Shown: piece by piece, positions 62,078 to 64,000 of the stretch | How the letters are laid out: each line of letters opens with the position of its first letter | Position numbering within the stretch: the stretch's first letter is position 1 | DNA from: an uncultured Desulfosarcina sp. | GTDB lineage: Bacteria > Desulfobacterota > Desulfobacteria > Desulfobacterales > Desulfosarcinaceae | Direction of reading: 5' to 3' | Length of the DNA stretch: 64,000 bases | NCBI GenBank assembly: GCA_963674945.2 | Contig: CAXXWQ010000004.1 | Span: forward strand, 448,001 to 512,000 | Notes under the pieces: generated by a model | Database searches by the model: none | What the model saw: the letters and a program-made list of their open reading frames with translations, nothing else | Told to the model about the DNA's origin: nothing | Program-made: the position numbers and the translations under genes

Positions 62078-63088
62078 TCATCGCCAGATACCGGCAATTT
62101 GCGTCCCACATGAAGGACAACATCCCTTTGCAAGGTGATTTGGACCGATTTCAAAATGGGAACGTTTTAGCAGAAGTTTTCGGCAGTTCGGACAATAGGT
62201 GTCCGATCCCTCATTGACATTACCCAAATAGACATGGCGCAACCCTTGTCCCACACCGATTTTCCGGGCTCTTCGCAGGGCCTCGATTGATGTAACCGAG
62301 TGACTGGCAAAACGGTACTCCGGATAAAAACGAATAAGGTGCCAGGGGATATTCTCATCTATACCCGCGATGAATGCCGAGGTCCGTCTGATTTCCTCAT
62401 CAGAATCATTCTCCCCTGAAATCAGCAGCGTCGTCACTTCCAGCCAGATGCCGAGGGACTTCATGGAAGCGATAAAATCCAGTACCGGTTGTCGTCGCGC
62501 CTTGCAAACCTTGCTGTAGTAAATGTCGCTGAAGCTTTTCAGGTCGACATTGACTGCATCGAGGTAAGGCGCGATTGTACCTGTCGCCTGCCGACTCATG
62601 TAGCCGTTGGTAACAAACACATTGGAAATTCCCTCTTTCCTGGCCAGCCGGGCGATGTCGTAGGCGTACTCGAAAAACACCGTTGGTTCGGTGTATGTGT
62701 AAGCAATGCATCGGCAGCCGTGTTGTTTGGCTGCCATCACGACCTGTTGTGGTGTCATTGTCCGAGAAAGGGGCATCTCGCAAGCATCCCGGGCTGCCTG
62801 GGATACCTGCCAGTTCTGACAGAAGGCACACTGAAAATTACAGCCGACGATAGCAACGGAGAGGGCTCGGGAGCCGGGTAGAAAATGAAACAGCGGCTGT
62901 TTTTCGACAGGATCGACGTTGGCTGATACGGTTTCACCATAAAACAGTGTATAGAGCCGACCGTCTTGGTTTTGTCGAACACGGCAAATGCCATACCCGC
63001 CCTGGGGGATCAGGCATCGATGGGAACACAAATGGCAATGAATCTGCCCGCCTTCGAGCTTGTCATAATGCATCGCTTCATGTTTCAT
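62078..63088 (-). CDS. amrS: AmmeMemoRadiSam system radical SAM enzyme
   Basis: CxxCxxxC...GICRVR, DPVEKQPLFHF, GCNFQCAFCQNW, AYTYTEP, and a C-terminal CxxC pair. Confidence 0.9.
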   Translation of the reverse strand: MKHEAMHYDKLEGGQIHCHLCSHRCLIPQGGYGICRVRQNQDGRLYTLFYGETVSANVDPVEKQPLFHFLPGSRALSVAIVGCNFQCAFCQNWQVSQAARDACEMPLSRTMTPQQVVMAAKQHGCRCIAYTYTEPTVFFEYAYDIARLARKEGISNVFVTNGYMSRQATGTIAPYLDAVNVDLKSFSDIYYSKVCKARRQPVLDFIASMKSLGIWLEVTTLLISGENDSDEEIRRTSAFIAGIDENIPWHLIRFYPEYRFASHSVTSIEALRRARKIGVGQGLRHVYLGNVNEGSDTYCPNCRKLLLKRSHFEIGPNHLAKGCCPSCGTQIAGIWR

Positions 63089-63236
63089 TTTGCTTCTCTT
63101 CAGTAAATGGCTTGTGTCCGATTCCGCGGATAACTGCGTGGTGAGTCGTACTGGATGCACCTATGGATGAGTTTCGAGACATGACACGAAACATACGAGT
63201 TGATTTGATGGTATGTCAATTTATTTTTATTCACCG

Positions 63237-63284
63237 ACCACCCGCTGAGCGGGCGGTTTGATGAAGCCCCCTCCGAATGGGCTT
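63237..63284. repeat. Double hairpin resembling an IS200/IS605 end
   Basis: ACCACCCGCTGAGCGGGCGGT followed by AAGCCC...GGGCTT; no tnpA nearby. Confidence 0.45.
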
Positions 63285-63300
63285 GAAACCGGATTAATGG

Positions 63301-63479
63301 ACGTCGAACATCGAACTTCCAACATCGAACGTTGAATAAGGAATTCTATCCTTTTTAAAACAAAGCCCTCATTTTTATCCTACCTGGAAATGGCAAAAAA
63401 ATGCTATCTTATTAAAAACGATGGAGCGAAGCGATCGCATCATTCGACGTTGGACGTTCGATGTTCAATGTTCGATGTT
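63301..63479. repeat. Inverted heptamer arrays (AACATCG)n / (CGATGTT)n
   Basis: About five degenerate units at 63301-63337 and their complement at 63442-63479. Confidence 0.75.
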
Positions 63480-63558
63480 TCTGAGGACAATACAAAAATT
63501 CGTGAAAATGTCCTGCACTGTGTTTGCCAGTATGGTACACTTTTTCAGAGGAGTAAAA

Positions 63559-64000
63559 ATGCTTTACAAATTCGACGGAAGGCAACCGGTAGTGGGAAAA
63601 GATTCATATGTGAGTGACATCGCAAGCGTCATTGGTGACGTCGTTATCGGAGATAATTGCTATATTGGACATGGTGCCATCGTAAGGGGTGATTATGGTA
63701 GAATTGAGATCGGGGATGGTACAGCGGTAGAAGAAGGTGTAATCATTCACGCGCCACCTGACGATGTGCACAGCATTGGAAAAAAGGTTACGATTGGTCA
63801 CGGTGCAGTAATACACGGTAAATACATTGGTGACCAAGCCGTTATTGGCATGGGCGCCGTGGTCAGTATTTGGGCAGAAATTGGAGAATGGGCAATTGTC
63901 GCGGAAGGAAGTGTTGTCAAGCTGAAACAGATCATTCCACCGAAGGTGGTCGCTGCCGGAAATCCGGCAAAAATCGTTCGAGAAATATCCGAGAAAGACA
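63559..64000 (+). CDS. Gamma carbonic anhydrase family (hexapeptide repeat) protein, 3'-truncated by the window edge
   Basis: Manual translation MLYKFDGRQPVVG...VIGDVVIG...VRGDYG.IEIG...IIH...VTIGHGAVIHG...IGMGA; RBS GAGGAG. Confidence 0.9.
   Translation, partial: MLYKFDGRQPVVGKDSYVSDIASVIGDVVIGDNCYIGHGAIVRGDYGRIEIGDGTAVEEGVIIHAPPDDVHSIGKKVTIGHGAVIHGKYIGDQAVIGMGAVVSIWAEIGEWAIVAEGSVVKLKQIIPPKVVAAGNPAKIVREISEKD

Noticed and set aside
1..64000. Selenocysteine recoding, defence systems, prophage
   Set aside because: I noticed no gene broken by an in-frame TGA at a Cys position, and no nuclease, RT, cas or phage structural genes. Inspection was by eye only.

Overview
Gene-dense, GC-rich bacterial chromosomal window. 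Gene content, sigma54 promoters and intergenic repeats suggest an anaerobic Desulfobacterales-like (Desulfosarcina-type) deltaproteobacterium; this is an inference. In order: a partial SAM methyltransferase with a full sigma54/IHF/enhancer promoter; histidine utilisation genes (long hutU, animal-like bifunctional FTCD, hutI); a CDF transporter; a decaying ~12 kb redox/detox island whose AraC regulator is split by a 2.46 kb IS with a 751-aa transposase and whose Fe-ADH has an in-frame TAG; DUF6125, B12 radical SAM, ahbB and mtnA; an acyl-CoA dehydrogenase-etfB-etfA operon in which EtfA is fused to an XRE-cupin regulator; hisK-type phosphatase, YcbK, a basic wHTH protein and csp; a PEP-synthase-like gene coupled to gdhA; two TonB receptors with YfiR and a hybrid kinase; a cytochrome b-Rieske-octaheme/TPR operon; an RND pump; a small Arg-rich protein and an HD-GYP; amrS; and a partial gamma-carbonic anhydrase. 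Several families of intergenic palindromic elements occur, one of which supplies stop codons to two genes. I recognised no tRNA, rRNA or CRISPR array. Family assignments are from motif recognition only; no searches were run.
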